DNA of 64,000 bases from a bacterium. Its GTDB lineage: Bacteria > UBA8248. The stretch covers positions 2,464,001 to 2,528,000 of the forward strand of contig OZ241875.1 of assembly GCA_965203325.1 (NCBI GenBank), read 5' to 3'. A program made the position numbers and the translations under genes. The notes beneath the pieces were generated by a model, which ran no database searches, was not told the DNA's origin, and saw nothing but the letters and a program-made list of their open reading frames with translations. Shown piece by piece: positions 30,739-40,745 of this stretch; position 1 is the first letter of the stretch; each line of letters starts with the position of its first letter.

Positions 30739-31134
30739 ATGCACGTTTTCGATCTGGAAAAGGAAAAGGAATTCAGCACCGAAAAGCACGTGGAGAAGAT
30801 TCTGGGCCGCTACGAGGAGGGCGACGTGACGGTGGCCTGCTGGGAACCGGGACAGGTGAGCCCCTACCACTGCCACCCCTACGCCACGGAGATTTATTTC
30901 TGCTACAAGGGCGGCGGCAGGATGAAGACCCCCACCGGCGAGGTCGACGTGATCCCCGGTTCGTTCATCGTCCATCCCCCGGGCGAGCTTCATGAATACA
31001 CGAACGGTTCGGAGCGTACGCTCCTCTACCGGGTGCGCTACGGGGGCGATAAGCTCTCGCGCCACAAGGAATGGCCCACCAACCCGAACTGGAAGCCCCG
31101 GCCCGAGGACGAGGAGTATTTCAAGGGCGCGTAG
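30739..31134 (+). CDS. Cupin domain protein
   Basis: PGQVSPYHCHPYATE...G.G, PPGELH..TN. Confidence 0.88.
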   Translation: MHVFDLEKEKEFSTEKHVEKILGRYEEGDVTVACWEPGQVSPYHCHPYATEIYFCYKGGGRMKTPTGEVDVIPGSFIVHPPGELHEYTNGSERTLLYRVRYGGDKLSRHKEWPTNPNWKPRPEDEEYFKGA

Positions 31135-31293
31135 GCATCCTCGAATCGTAGGGGCGGGCACTTCCTCCTTGAGAGTTTTGCCATCTAGGGAATAGGAGAA
31201 ATCAACTCCCCCTCAAGGGGGGAGTAAACTTCATCTTTCATCGGTCGGGTTTGACTCTAAGGGGGTCGTCGAAAAAACCTTACCAAGACATTA

Positions 31294-31434
31294 ACCCCCC
31301 CTACCCCCCCTTGTCAGGGGTCAAAACCGACCGAAGAGGGAGGTTTTGCAAGACGATGTGTTTCTCGTCAATGGCTTATGCAAACGCTCGTTCATCACTC
31401 GCGTTTGACCCCTGACAAGGGGGGTAGGGGGGGT
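31294..31434. repeat. Inverted-repeat element with CCCCCCCTACCCCCCCTTGTCAGGGG arms
   Basis: Arms about 31294-31325 and 31405-31434; second element at 49566-49675; partial arm at about 51611-51632. Confidence 0.75.
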
Positions 31435-31611
31435 GGTTTTATGGGATTTCTCTTTCAAGGGGGTTGCCATTACCTTCTCAGGGACTTTTTCAACAATCCC
31501 TACGAGGCCAAGTGCGATCTGCAGGGCGGACACATGGGTCCGCCCCTACGAAATCATACCCGAACCGATACCCCATCCAGAGACGGAGAACCACCGATAT
31601 GGAGTGCGCCC

Positions 31612-32400
31612 GTGAACGACACGATGGATTTCGATGAGTGCATCTCGCGCCGGGCTGAAGCCATGTACCTGACGACGGACCTGACCGAGGTCAGGCGTCG
31701 GACGATAGACGCTATGAGGCTCTTCCCCGGCGCGCGCGTTCTGGACGTGGGTTCCGGCCCCGGCCTGTTCGCCGATGAGATGGCGCCGATGGTCGGCCCG
31801 ACGGGCTGCGTGCGCGGTGTGGACATCAGCGAGCCGATGATCGCGCTCGCCCGGGCGCGCTGCGACGATAAGCTCTGGGTCGACTTTCAAATCGCCGACG
31901 CCGTATCACTCCCGTTCGAAGATGGCGGTTTCGACGCCTGCGTGAGCGTGCAGGTGCTCGAGTTCGTGGCTGATGTGGATGCGGCCTTGCGCGAGTTTCA
32001 CCGCGTTTTGAAGCCCGGTGGACGGCTCGCGGTCAGCGACGCCGACTGGGGCGCCACGGCGTGGCGCAGTGAGGACGCGGCACTCTGCGAGCGGGTGATG
32101 GATGGATGGACGTCGGGCTTCGCCCACCTGAGGCTTCCGCTCACGCTCAAACGCAGGATCGAGGCGGCGGGCTTCGTCGATGCGTCCGCCCACGCGATTC
32201 CCGTTTTCAATTCCGCCTGCGAACCTGAAGGTTTCAGCTTTCACTTCATCCGTCAGATTCAGGGCGTCGTCCCCGACAGGACGAACCTCACGCAGGAGGA
32301 AGTAGACGCATGGGCGCAAGAATTGCGCGGCCTGAACGAGCGGGGTGCATATTTCTTCTCGCAGACGAGGTATCTGTTCGCGGCCGATAAGCCGCGCTGA
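31612..32400 (+). CDS. Class I SAM methyltransferase (UbiE/ArsM-like)
   Basis: VLDVGSGPG, GVDISEPM, LPFEDGGFD, RVLKPGGRL..D.DW. GTG 31612 after GGAG; the ORF-track N-extension is repeat DNA. Confidence 0.88.
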   Translation: MNDTMDFDECISRRAEAMYLTTDLTEVRRRTIDAMRLFPGARVLDVGSGPGLFADEMAPMVGPTGCVRGVDISEPMIALARARCDDKLWVDFQIADAVSLPFEDGGFDACVSVQVLEFVADVDAALREFHRVLKPGGRLAVSDADWGATAWRSEDAALCERVMDGWTSGFAHLRLPLTLKRRIEAAGFVDASAHAIPVFNSACEPEGFSFHFIRQIQGVVPDRTNLTQEEVDAWAQELRGLNERGAYFFSQTRYLFAADKPR

Positions 32401-32404
32401 AGAA

Positions 32405-33121
32405 TCAACCCTCTTTCGATTTCATCTTCTTGTAGACCACGGGGATGAGGGAGAGCGCCGCGAGTCCCACCAGCGCGATCATGACCTGGGGCGTGAGTAT
32501 CCCCTTGGCGGAGAACTCGCCCCCCGCCTCGAATATGCTGCCGAGCCCGGCACCCACCGAGGCGAAGACGAACGAGCCGGGAATGATCCCGAAGAATGTG
32601 CCGATGACGTAGACGCTCAGGGACACCCCCAGAAAGGCGGGCACGAGGTTCACCACGAAAAAGGGAAAGATCGGAACGAGCCTTAGAACCAGCAGGTAGC
32701 TCAGCGCGTTCTCCTGAAAGCCTTCTTCCATCTTCTGAAGCCAGGGGCCGGCCTTCGCGCGCAGGGGGTCGCCGAGCGAGGTCTTGGCCGCGATGAAGAG
32801 AACCGTCGCCCCCACCGTCGCGCCCACGACGATATAAAGCGCGCCCCAGACCGTCCCGAACAGGAACCCTCCCGTGATGCTCATCACCAGGCCGCCGGGG
32901 AGAGAAAATATCGTCACCGCCGCGTAGGCGAGCATGTAGGAGATGACGGCAAGCGCGCCGTTATCGTGCACCCACCCCTTGAGCAGGCTCTGGTTTTCCC
33001 GCAAGGTCTCGAAAGTGAGGTAGCGGCCCAGCCCCGAGTAGAAGAAAGCGACGAGGACGAGGACGAGGGCAAGCGGAATGACGAAGTTCTTGTAAGAGAG
33101 TTTTTTTTCGGGTTCGCTCAT
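32405..33121 (-). CDS. TVP38/TMEM64 (VTT/DedA superfamily) membrane protein
   Basis: SLPG..MSITGGFLFG, LRLVPIFPFFVVN, GTFFGIIPG. Confidence 0.9.
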   Translation of the reverse strand: MSEPEKKLSYKNFVIPLALVLVLVAFFYSGLGRYLTFETLRENQSLLKGWVHDNGALAVISYMLAYAAVTIFSLPGGLVMSITGGFLFGTVWGALYIVVGATVGATVLFIAAKTSLGDPLRAKAGPWLQKMEEGFQENALSYLLVLRLVPIFPFFVVNLVPAFLGVSLSVYVIGTFFGIIPGSFVFASVGAGLGSIFEAGGEFSAKGILTPQVMIALVGLAALSLIPVVYKKMKSKEG

Positions 33122-33543
33122 TTTCGGATGGTTGCTTTCGTTTTTGGGGTGACGTTGTGTGAGGATGCGGCTGCTCCACATGGCTCGCGGCCCGGCGCGC
33201 TACGCCGAAACCGCGATCAGCTTCTATCACATTTCACGCGCGGGTCAAATCGTCCCGCCGTTTTGCGGGTTGTTGGAGAAGTCCTTGCGGGTCGGGCCGG
33301 TGGGGCGAGATTTTCTCTTTGGCATGTCCCCCCACCGATTCGGTTTCGGGTTTTTACCCTCACCTCATCGACTCCCCCTCAAGGGGGGAGTGAATCTTGC
33401 TCTTTTATTGGTCGCGTCAAATCCTCGTTAATCGGGGTTTTTCCCTTGACGTGGACTTTTTCAATACCCCCTTTCGGGGGAGGGGTGGCGCGATTTGCGC
33501 GATTGCGAGAAAATACCCTCTTATGTCGATTGGGGAAGAGTCG

Positions 33544-34008
33544 ATGAATCCGAGGTTGAAACCGTATCAGACATACGGAATCGCCCTGCTTCGCGTCTCA
33601 TTGGGCGCTTATTACGTTCTGCACGGCTATTACGGCTGGCTGGTGATCGGCGTGGAGCGCCTCGCCGCCCTGAACGTGTCGATGGGCATCCCTCTGCCCA
33701 CCATCAGTGCGTGGGCCGTCGTGCTGGGCCATCTGGTCGGCGGAGCGCTCCTGATCATCGGGCTCTACGCACGCCTGGGCGCTTTGATGAACGTTCCCAT
33801 CATGGCGGGCGCCGCCGCGTACGTGCATTTCGACCAGGGCTTTTTCATGCACGGCATCGTCACGAACCCCCAGACCGGCGCCGCCGTCGCCGGCGGATAC
33901 GAATACTCGCTCTTCCTCCTCCTCGCTACGACCGCCATCCTCTTGATGGGAGGCGGCCCCCTCTCCATCGACGCGCGAATGAGAAGCAGAATGCGTATGG
34001 GGGAGTGA
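33544..34008 (+). CDS. DoxX family membrane protein
   Basis: LLRVSLG....HG, GGALLIIGLYARLGAL, GYEYSL, GGGPLSID. Confidence 0.9.
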   Translation: MNPRLKPYQTYGIALLRVSLGAYYVLHGYYGWLVIGVERLAALNVSMGIPLPTISAWAVVLGHLVGGALLIIGLYARLGALMNVPIMAGAAAYVHFDQGFFMHGIVTNPQTGAAVAGGYEYSLFLLLATTAILLMGGGPLSIDARMRSRMRMGE

Positions 34009-34150
34009 GGGGTTAATTTCGAGCAAGGAGCGAGGAATTGCAGTTGTGGCGGCACTTCCTCGGGGAAGCGCAACCGTTCCCTCATCGGGGTTGTTGAAAA
34101 ACCCCTTATGCCACCCCTGTAATCAACCCGACCGGTGGAGGGAAGGTTTT

Positions 34151-34272
34151 GTAGGGGTCAGACATATATGTCTGACTGTGTGTCCGCCCCATGCGGTCGC
34201 CGTGTTTCACCATTCCGTTATCGGTGCAACACAGATATCCAAGGGCGGGCGGACACACGGGTCCGCCCCTAC
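34151..34272. repeat. GTAG REP doublet (REPIN-like)
   Basis: GTAGGGGTCAGACATATATGTCTGAC ... GGGCGGACACACGGGTCCGCCCCTAC; the right arm is nearly identical to about 31524-31549. Confidence 0.7.
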
Positions 34273-34415
34273 GGAACCGCGACCCTCTCGCTTTCCGGGT
34301 CAGATCATCTCCACAGAGCATGTCCGGTCGCCCGTAGCCCTGGGGTTTTCCGCCGGGTCATGCGATAGTGAGCGCGCTGGTTGATTCTGGAAACGATGGC
34401 CGACAGGACACCCCG

Positions 34416-35216
34416 ATGAATTTGCGCAGGTGGAAGGACAGGATGGTGGCGCGTCTGCTCACGCGCTATCCGGGGCTGGTGAAAAGGTGGGCGGGGGGCA
34501 GGGATTTCTCCGCCGAGATGGCCGGCTGGCGCGCGGGGCCCGCGTTCACGCCCTGGACGCCGCCGGTGAAGCCCGTTCGCGAGTGCAAAGTCGCGCTGGT
34601 GACGACGGGCGGGGTGCATCTCAAGACGCAAACTCCCTTCGACATGGAAAACCCCGACGGCGACCCGACGTTCCGCGAGATTCCGGGCGACGCCGCGCGC
34701 GACGAGATGACGATAACGCACGATTATTACGACCACAGGGGGGCGGATGTGGATTTGAACGTCGTCTTCCCGCACGAGCGGCTTAAGGAAATGGCCGAAG
34801 AGGGCGTGATAGGCGGGGTCTCGCCGGTTCATTTGAGCTTCATGGGCCATATCGATGCGGAGCTCGTCGAGCGGCTCGTGGAGGAGACGGCGCCTGCCGC
34901 GGCGCGGCGGCTGCGCGAGGCGGGGGCGGAGGTCGCGCTGCTGGCGCCTGCCTGAGGGCTTTGCAACCGCTCGGTCGGGCTGATTCAGAACGCTGTGGAA
35001 CGGGAGGGGCTGGCCACCGCGTCGGTGAGCATCGTGAAGGAGATAACGGTCGGGCTTTGCCCGCCGCGTGCGGTGTTCGTGCCCTGGCCGCTGGGCCACC
35101 CCTTCGGACGGGCGGGAAATCTTGAACAGCAGCGCGCCGTGCTGTATGATATGATCGGGTTGCTCGAGACGGCCGAGGATCCGGGAACGCTCATCGAGAG
35201 GGACCATCCCTGGTGA
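34416..35216 (+). CDS. Selenoprotein, glycine/sarcosine/betaine/proline reductase selenoprotein B (GrdB/PrdB) family; Sec at TGA 34953-34955; 266 aa
   Basis: ORF-track pieces 34368-34955 and 34995-35216 share one frame. Read-through gives VALLAPA-U-GLCNRSVGLIQNAVEREGLATAS (UxxC). Family motifs KVALVTTGGVH, GDPTFREIP, HDYYD, DLNVVFP.ERL, SFMG and C-terminal PPRAVFV.WPLGHPFG. Confidence 0.88.
34956..34986 (+). promoter_or_regulatory. Candidate bacterial SECIS element
   Basis: GCUC-[GGUC]-GGGC apical stem-loop whose loop starts 17 nt after UGA; E. coli fdhF has a GGUC apical element at nearly the same distance. Confidence 0.6.
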
Positions 35217-35306
35217 GTTTTCGGGGCGCAGGAGATTGGCGGCGGGATAATGGAAATTATGCGTTTAGTGAAAATTTCTAAATCTGAAAATATCGATAAA
35301 ATCCGG

Positions 35307-35331
35307 TAAATTCACGGGGTTTTTCGATAAA
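35307..35331 (+). repeat. 25 bp exact direct repeat, copy 1
   Basis: TAAATTCACGGGGTTTTTCGATAAA, identical at 49901-49925. Confidence 0.85.
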
Positions 35332-35396
35332 AAACTGGTAATTTATCGTATTGATAATGAAGGCGTTATCCCGATTTTTGAGATCAGGAGGCCGCC

Positions 35397-35981
35397 ATGG
35401 ACGCAGTCGCAACCCCCATCACCCGCCTCGCAGAAGAGCTGGCCGGCATCTATGATAAAGGCGCACGCGGCCGGGGATTCATCCGCGCCGCCGAACCCGC
35501 TCTCAAACGCCTGCTGGGCGAGGATTCTTTCCTTCCTCCCGAGGCGCTCGAGCCCTCCGATGAAGGGTATGCGCGGCACCTGCTGTATCGCGACCCCGAG
35601 GAGCGCTTCGTCGTAGCGGCCATGGTGTGGAAGCCCGGGCAGGGCACCCCGATTCACGATCATGACGGCGCCTGGGGAATGCTCGGCATGGTGGAGGGCG
35701 GCCTGGAAGTCGTTAATTATTTTGCGGATGGGGAAATCGCCGAAGGTGAGGTCGAGTTGCGAAACGATGCGCCCCACAATCCTTCGGCAGGCGGGCAGAA
35801 CTCGGTTTGCGGCTGCGCGGACATCCATACGGTGCGCAATCGGCGTGACGATGTGGCGGTTTCCATTCATGTGTATCCGCGCGATTTGGAAGCGTGCCAT
35901 TTCTTCGAGCCCATCAGCGGTGAAAAAAATCGCTTCTGCGCGCGCCGCGTCTCGATTTCCTACACGGGTGATTCTTCCTGA
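35397..35981 (+). CDS. Cysteine/thiol dioxygenase (CDO type I cupin)
   Basis: YARHLLY, WKPGQGTPIHDH..AWG, DIHTVRN, VSIHVY (3-His site plus S-H-Y triad); AGGAGG RBS. Confidence 0.88.
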   Translation: MDAVATPITRLAEELAGIYDKGARGRGFIRAAEPALKRLLGEDSFLPPEALEPSDEGYARHLLYRDPEERFVVAAMVWKPGQGTPIHDHDGAWGMLGMVEGGLEVVNYFADGEIAEGEVELRNDAPHNPSAGGQNSVCGCADIHTVRNRRDDVAVSIHVYPRDLEACHFFEPISGEKNRFCARRVSISYTGDSS

Positions 35982-36199
35982 GCGATTTCCGATCTACGAC
36001 CAAAAAGCCATAGAATAAGATGGAATATCGGGGAGCGAGGCTTTTTCGCTCATGCTTGATAAGGCCTGAAGTCCGGTGGTTTGCAGAATGGGCGGATTGT
36101 GGTTTATCGGCCAATCCTTTAACAGGAGAGTGAGTTATCGATTTCCCGGTTTGAGAAAATTCCCTGCATCATTTCACGTTCTCATCCCAAGAGGTTCAT

Positions 36200-37063
36200 A
36201 TGCGCAGCAAGGGTGGTTGGTATGCCGGTTTTGAGACGGTCTCGAATTTCCAAATGTTTTTCCGGGACTGGAGACCGGCGAAGAAAAATTTGCTTTTGCC
36301 CGTTATCGCATTGCATGGCTCGCTGATTCAGAGCGGTATGTGGAATGCTATGGCGGAAGGCGCGGGCTCGATACGTATTATTAGTCCTGATCAAAGAGGA
36401 TTCGGGCGAACGGATGACCCGGGTGCGGGTGACGCCGCAAAGGATTTCGCAAGAGACGTGATTGGCTTGGCCGACGCGCTTTTGCTGGACCGCTTCGTGG
36501 TGATGGGGCATTCCTTCGCCGCTTCAATCGCTCTGGCCGTCGCTGCGGAACGCCCGGATCGCGTCGCCGCGACCGTGTTGATGGACCCGACAGTGCGTGA
36601 TGCTACGGGCGCCAATGCGAACCTGGAGGCCTCACGAAGTCGCCCGATGGAGTTCGAGGACATCGCGCAGGCCCAGAAATTCATAACACAGAGCGAGGAG
36701 GGAAACTGGCCACCCGCCAGGACGAGACGATTCTTGAGCGATGTATTGGTGCACGATGGCGCAAACGGCGCCTGGAGGGTTCCTTTTGAGAAAAGCAGAA
36801 TCCTGAGATTACGGGAATTTCAAGCCTCTTCCGCGAGCGATTACGACCCCGTTTTCTGGGCGAAGAGAACAAAATGCCCTTCTCTGGTATTTCGTGGAGG
36901 GGAAAGCAAGCGATTTAGCGAGAAATCAGAGAAATTATTGATGAATGTACTACCCACGAAATCAAGAGTGGTCGTATGTGCAAGAGCCGGTCATTTCCCG
37001 AGCGTTTCCGAGCCGACCATCGTGCAGCGAGAACTCAAGGCGTTTTTGGCAGATTTGAAATGA
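36200..37063 (+). CDS. Alpha/beta fold hydrolase
   Basis: ALHG, PDQRGFGRTD, GHSFA nucleophile, AGHF. Confidence 0.88.
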   Translation: MRSKGGWYAGFETVSNFQMFFRDWRPAKKNLLLPVIALHGSLIQSGMWNAMAEGAGSIRIISPDQRGFGRTDDPGAGDAAKDFARDVIGLADALLLDRFVVMGHSFAASIALAVAAERPDRVAATVLMDPTVRDATGANANLEASRSRPMEFEDIAQAQKFITQSEEGNWPPARTRRFLSDVLVHDGANGAWRVPFEKSRILRLREFQASSASDYDPVFWAKRTKCPSLVFRGGESKRFSEKSEKLLMNVLPTKSRVVVCARAGHFPSVSEPTIVQRELKAFLADLK

Positions 37064-39270
37064 ACAAACGAAACGGCAGCAATCTTCATATTGAGACCGA
37101 ACTCAGTCGCGATTTGGGGCTCGCGTCCGCACTTTCGATTGGCGTCGGTACAATGATAGCGGCAGGTATTTTTACTTTATCCGGCCTGGCTGTAAGGGAT
37201 GTCGGCTCATCAGCCGTCATCGCCTTTCTTTTGGCCGCGCTTGTCGCCGGGTTCACTGCGCTCACCTATTGTGAATTCTCATCTCTGTATCCGGAATCCG
37301 GAGAAGGGTATCTCTATGCGAGAAGAACGTTTCCACCGCCACTCGCTTATCTTGTCGGGTGGACACTGGTGCTTGGCTACACTTCTTCATGCGCTTTCTA
37401 CATCAGCAGCCTTTCTTCCTATTTCAATGAATTCGTCTGGCATTCTCCTTATGAGCAAATATCGGGAATCATAGGACTGGTCTGTCTCGTATTGCTTAAC
37501 ATCAAGGGAACAAAGGAATCGGCTCGGTTTCAAATCCTCATTACCGCCGGAAAGGTCATCCTTCTGGTTTGGTTTGTATTTGGCGGGCTAGAAAATGTGG
37601 ACACAAAAGCCCTTGTCGAAAGAATGAGCATGGACATACCAAGGATTGGCGCGACTGCCGGTTTGGTTTTTATTACTTTTTTTGGTTTTTCGGCAATTGC
37701 CGCGTCAGCTGGAGAAATATCGAATCCCACCAAGACAATTCCTCGTGCGATATTTCTTTCCATGGTGATCGTGACGATTCTATATACCATGGTGGTCTTT
37801 GTGATCATTGCCGCCAATCTTACGGAATATACGGAAGCGGCGATGGGTAATGCGGCGCGTCTTTTCCTGGGACCCATCGGCGGTATGGTGATTGTCGTAG
37901 GTGCGCTTTTCTCGATGATTTCTGCATCCAACGCATCGATTTTGGCGGGGTCGCGAGTCGTTTTGTCCATGGCGCAACTGGGACACTTGCCCTCCGGAAT
38001 CTCCGCGATCAACTCACAGACACGCACTCCCATTATTTCGCTTATTCTGGTGGGAGGAACAATTGTTGTCTTTGCGCAAAGTTTTCACCTGGAGAAGCTG
38101 GCGCATTTTGCGGACACCATTCTTTTGCTGGCACTGATATTGGTGAATGCAGCGCTCATCTATCATCGAAAGAAATTTCCAAACCTCAGCAGGACTTTCC
38201 GTGTTCCCTTCGTGCCGCTGTTGCCACTTCTTGGAATTGCCGCAAATATATATCTGCTTTCATTGATACTGCGGCATCCTGAGCCAGTTATCATGGCAGT
38301 CCTTTGGCTGATTGTGGGGATGCTCGGTTTTCTGGCCTGGAAAGGTTCTCAGGTGGAGGAGGAATTCTTGCCAGGTGAACCATCCCGCGTAGCGCAAGTT
38401 CGCGCGGAAGGTCAAGAGAGTGATTTTCGCGTGTTGGTTCCCATCGCCAACCCGACAAATGTGATTCCTCTCATTGATCTGGCCTCGGCGATTGCCAAAG
38501 AAAATGACGGTGAAATCGTTGTCATGCGGGTTGTATCTTTGCCGGAGCAGGCGCCGACGAGTCGCGAGACTTCGTACGTTGAGCGAGAAAGACGAATTTT
38601 GGAGCGGGCCCATATTCACGCCAATTCAAAGGGTGTCAAAATCAGTTCCCTGGTGAGGATCGGACGTAACCCGGCGCGCGCTATTCTGGAGACGGCAAGA
38701 GAACGTCATTGCGATCTGATCGTGCTTGGCTGGAAAGGCTATACTTCTACCGCCAATCGAATTTTAGGTGAAATTGTGGATGATGTCGTAAAACTTGCAC
38801 GGGCGGACATTATGCTGGTGAAACTTGTAAGTGAGATGAAATTCAAGAATATCCTTTTACCAACTACCGGAGGAATACATGCGCGCCTGGCAGAACGATA
38901 TACGGCTCCTATTGCCAGCGCTTACAATGCCAGACTCGTTGTATCGACAATTATTTCTCCAGAGTCGGAAGGAACTCACAAACACTCTGTAGAACAAGCT
39001 TTGAGCGAGGCGGTAGGCAGGATCAACGATGAGAGTAGTGTTCATGTGGAGAGCCGAATCATCACGCATAAATCCGTTTCCGTAGGCATTATCCAGGCAG
39101 CAGAAGAATATGACGCCATTGCAATGGGTGCCGCCGGCGAGAGTTTCTATAAACAGATTCTATTTGGTTCTATCCCTGAAAACGTTGCGAAACACACGGA
39201 CAAAACAGTTATTGTGTACAAACAATATTCGCCAGTGAAAGCATTGGTGGGCCGGGTGATGGAAAACTAA
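37060..39270 (+). CDS. APC-family amino acid permease fused to two universal stress protein (USP) domains
   Basis: GTMIAAGIF, FFGFSAI..AGEI.NP, FRVPFVP; then RVLVPIANP..DLIVLGW and ILLPTTGG..AIAMGA..FGSIPE. ATGA overlap with the upstream gene. Confidence 0.9.
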   Translation: MNKRNGSNLHIETELSRDLGLASALSIGVGTMIAAGIFTLSGLAVRDVGSSAVIAFLLAALVAGFTALTYCEFSSLYPESGEGYLYARRTFPPPLAYLVGWTLVLGYTSSCAFYISSLSSYFNEFVWHSPYEQISGIIGLVCLVLLNIKGTKESARFQILITAGKVILLVWFVFGGLENVDTKALVERMSMDIPRIGATAGLVFITFFGFSAIAASAGEISNPTKTIPRAIFLSMVIVTILYTMVVFVIIAANLTEYTEAAMGNAARLFLGPIGGMVIVVGALFSMISASNASILAGSRVVLSMAQLGHLPSGISAINSQTRTPIISLILVGGTIVVFAQSFHLEKLAHFADTILLLALILVNAALIYHRKKFPNLSRTFRVPFVPLLPLLGIAANIYLLSLILRHPEPVIMAVLWLIVGMLGFLAWKGSQVEEEFLPGEPSRVAQVRAEGQESDFRVLVPIANPTNVIPLIDLASAIAKENDGEIVVMRVVSLPEQAPTSRETSYVERERRILERAHIHANSKGVKISSLVRIGRNPARAILETARERHCDLIVLGWKGYTSTANRILGEIVDDVVKLARADIMLVKLVSEMKFKNILLPTTGGIHARLAERYTAPIASAYNARLVVSTIISPESEGTHKHSVEQALSEAVGRINDESSVHVESRIITHKSVSVGIIQAAEEYDAIAMGAAGESFYKQILFGSIPENVAKHTDKTVIVYKQYSPVKALVGRVMEN

Positions 39271-39352
39271 CCCGATCACCTTGGTTATCAGAATGCAAAC
39301 ACGGGAGTGTTGTGAGCAGGAATAAAAAAATTTTGCCATTGAGGGAGTCCAT

Positions 39353-40072
39353 TTGTCTAAAATCATACCGAGTTCCATGGAAGCCGTTTCGGATATTCCC
39401 GATGGCGCATCGATACTTATCGGTGGGTTTGGGATATGCGGAATGGCGCATAATTTATGTAAAGCGCTTAGCAACCGAAAAGATGTCGGTGATTTCCATC
39501 TGGTGTCGAATGCAGGCGGAATAGACGGTTGGGGTGTGGGCTTGATGTTTCAAAATCGACAGATCCGCTCCATTATCGCAAGCCGTGTGGGCCCGGCTTG
39601 TAAAGCTTATGAAGAACAAGCTTTGAGAGGGGAAATTGAAGTCGAGCTCTCGCCTCAAGGAACATTCATAGAGCGCATTCGAGCGGGCGGGGCCGGCATC
39701 GGTGGTTTCTTTACGCCAACGGGAGCAGGCACCGTAGTAGCTGAAGGAAAAGAGACGAGAATCATCGAGGGGGAAGAACACATTTTTGAAGAGCCCATTC
39801 GAGCGGATTATGCTTTCATCAAGGCCTGGAAGGGAGACGAGCGTGGGAATCTGATATACAGGATGAGCGCGCAGAATTTTAATCCCGTCATGGCCACTGC
39901 CGCCGAGGTGACTATCGCCGAAGTAGAAGAGATTGCTCCCGTCGGTGAAATTGCCCCGGAAAATGTGCATACGCCCGGGATTTTTGTGCAGCGCGTAGTT
40001 TTAGGTGAAGATATAGAGAAACCTATCGAAATCATGACGAACCGGCCCCGGGAAGGCCTTGGGGGGAGATGA
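39353..40072 (+). CDS. scoA: 3-oxoacid CoA-transferase subunit A
   Basis: [48 protein letters not shown]. Confidence 0.9.
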   Translation: MSKIIPSSMEAVSDIPDGASILIGGFGICGMAHNLCKALSNRKDVGDFHLVSNAGGIDGWGVGLMFQNRQIRSIIASRVGPACKAYEEQALRGEIEVELSPQGTFIERIRAGGAGIGGFFTPTGAGTVVAEGKETRIIEGEEHIFEEPIRADYAFIKAWKGDERGNLIYRMSAQNFNPVMATAAEVTIAEVEEIAPVGEIAPENVHTPGIFVQRVVLGEDIEKPIEIMTNRPREGLGGR

Positions 40073-40736
40073 TTTGCCTTTGAGCAGACACGAAATTGCG
40101 AAGCGGGCAGCCATGGAAGTGCCTCGTGGGGGGTATGTCAATCTCGGGCTAGGCATACCTACCTTGGTGAGCAATTACATACCCGAGGAATATGGCGTCA
40201 CCATACATTCGGAGAACGGTGTGTTGGGGGTAGGGCCATTTCCATACGAAGGAGATGAAGACCCCGACCTGCTGAATGCCAGCAAAGAAACCGTGACGAT
40301 TATGCCGGGAGGTTCGTATTTTGATAGCGCCACTTCATTTTCTATGGTCAGAGGCGGGCATATAGACGTCACCATACTAGGTGCAATGGAAGTCGCCGGG
40401 AATGGTGACCTGGCGAATTGGGCAATTCCCGGCAAAATGATATCCGGCATGGGAGGTGCGATGGATCTCGTCGTGGGCGCCCGAAAAGTTATCCTCACTA
40501 TGGAGCATGTTTCAAAACGGGGTGCGCCGAAGATTGTAAAGGCATGCTCTCTACCTTTAACCGGCAAAGGCGTGGTAGATGTCATCATTACTGATCTCGC
40601 GTTCATCACAGTGGAGACAGACGGGCTCTGGCTGCGTGAACTCGCTCCTGGCGTGAACGAAAGTGAAGTGCGGGATAAAACCGGGGCGCCTTTGAGGGTG
40701 GCCTCGGATTTGCGCGAGATGGATGCGAATGCCTGA
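40059..40736 (+). CDS. scoB: 3-oxoacid CoA-transferase subunit B
   Basis: VNLGLGIPT, catalytic [19 protein letters not shown]. The true start may be a few codons later. Confidence 0.9.
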   Translation: MGGDDLPLSRHEIAKRAAMEVPRGGYVNLGLGIPTLVSNYIPEEYGVTIHSENGVLGVGPFPYEGDEDPDLLNASKETVTIMPGGSYFDSATSFSMVRGGHIDVTILGAMEVAGNGDLANWAIPGKMISGMGGAMDLVVGARKVILTMEHVSKRGAPKIVKACSLPLTGKGVVDVIITDLAFITVETDGLWLRELAPGVNESEVRDKTGAPLRVASDLREMDANA

Positions 40737-40745
40737 GTTGCGACA

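Noticed and set aside
35240..35267. dif-like geometry (GGGATAA-N6-TTATGCG) near the edge of the low-GC block
   Set aside because: One arm resembles a XerC arm, but the other does not match the highly conserved XerD arm TTATGTTAAAT.
32398..35981. Other TGA stops (methyltransferase, doxX, CDO) as further Sec codons
   Set aside because: Each falls at the natural family C-terminus, with no conserved downstream continuation or SECIS-like hairpin seen.
39455..39475. GGCGCATAA-T-TTATGTAAAG, resembling both dif arms
   Set aside because: Spacer is 1 bp rather than 6 and it lies within the scoA coding sequence.
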